DNA of 35,693 bases, from positions 1 to 35,693 of the forward strand of contig CAZZPH010000001.1 of the NCBI GenBank assembly GCA_964655725.1, given 5' to 3'. Below are positions 35,397 to 35,693 of this stretch, one piece after another. The stretch is from an uncultured Hyphomicrobium sp. (GTDB lineage Bacteria > Pseudomonadota > Alphaproteobacteria > Rhizobiales > Hyphomicrobiaceae). A program made the translations under genes and the position numbers. The notes below the pieces were generated by a model. The model was not told the DNA's origin. It saw nothing but the letters and a program-made list of their open reading frames with translations, and made no database searches. Numbering within the stretch: the stretch's first letter is position 1; every line of letters starts with the position of its first letter.

Positions 35397-35693
35397 ATGA
35401 AGCCCCCGGCACAGCAAAAAATAGTCGCCCGGAAGCCGCGCAAGGCCGGGCCGAAGGCGGCCGCAAACCAACGAGCCCACCCCCGGGCGAAAGCTCCTAC
35501 GGCTGCGGAGGTCGAGGAGATCTTCCACCGCTTCGAAATTGCCAATCCGGCGCCGCAGGGTGAACTGGAGCACACCAATCCTTTCACGCTTCTGGTCGCG
35601 GTTGTCCTGTCGGCCCAGGCCACGGATGCAGGGGTCAACAAAGCAACGCGCGCGCTCTTCCGGCTGGCCGATACGCCCGCGCGTTGCTTTGTT
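35397..35693 (+). CDS. nth: Endonuclease III (5' part; runs off the window)
   Basis: My own translation from ATG 35397 gives MKPPAQQKIVARKPRKAG...AAEVEEIFHRFEIANPAPQGELEHTNPFTLLVAVVLSAQATDAGVNKATRALFRLADTP..., the canonical Nth N-terminal block (LLVAVxLSAQATDxxVNKAT). It is not in the ORF track because no stop codon falls in the window. Confidence 0.85.
   Translation, partial: MKPPAQQKIVARKPRKAGPKAAANQRAHPRAKAPTAAEVEEIFHRFEIANPAPQGELEHTNPFTLLVAVVLSAQATDAGVNKATRALFRLADTPARCFV

Overview
High-GC chromosomal segment that looks alphaproteobacterial (Hyphomicrobiales-like), based on gene content and protein motifs. It is densely coding, with about 36 protein genes, most of them housekeeping. In order: a partial GntR/FCD regulator divergent from potFGHI; a yfgM-like gene and bamB; panB; a long L,D-transpeptidase; nnrU; rimO with a DUF1013/TrcR-like gene; maoC-ribF; an FAD-linked oxidase; a CHASE2 class III nucleotide cyclase convergent with a FecR-domain protein; a CDF transporter; a DUF457 hydrolase; glyS; DUF1330-trmD; rplS; map-radC; leuD; a glyoxalase/VOC protein; a DUF2244 protein; and a partial nth. 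Two edge genes (the GntR regulator at 1..619 on the minus strand and nth at 35397..35693 on the plus strand) are absent from the supplied ORF track; I found them by translating the sequence myself. I recognised no rRNA, tRNA, CRISPR array, transposase, integrase or phage genes. I do not see a convincing, complete novel multigene system. The best candidates for a second look are: (1) an orphan pair between nnrU and rimO, a single-pass membrane protein plus a SLATT-like 2TM putative pore effector; (2) the normally contiguous trmD-rplS pair split by a 38% GC tract and an orphan membrane-anchored gene; (3) an L19 protein with an internal Lys/Ala-rich insertion and a roughly 100-aa C-terminal helix-hairpin-helix-like extension; (4) the CHASE2-cyclase/FecR-domain pair, whose stop codons overlap; (5) three orphan genes (two secreted, one with HExxH) between radC and leuD. 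Several small exact repeats and palindromes in intergenic regions are also listed. All family calls come from motif recognition by eye, not from database searches.
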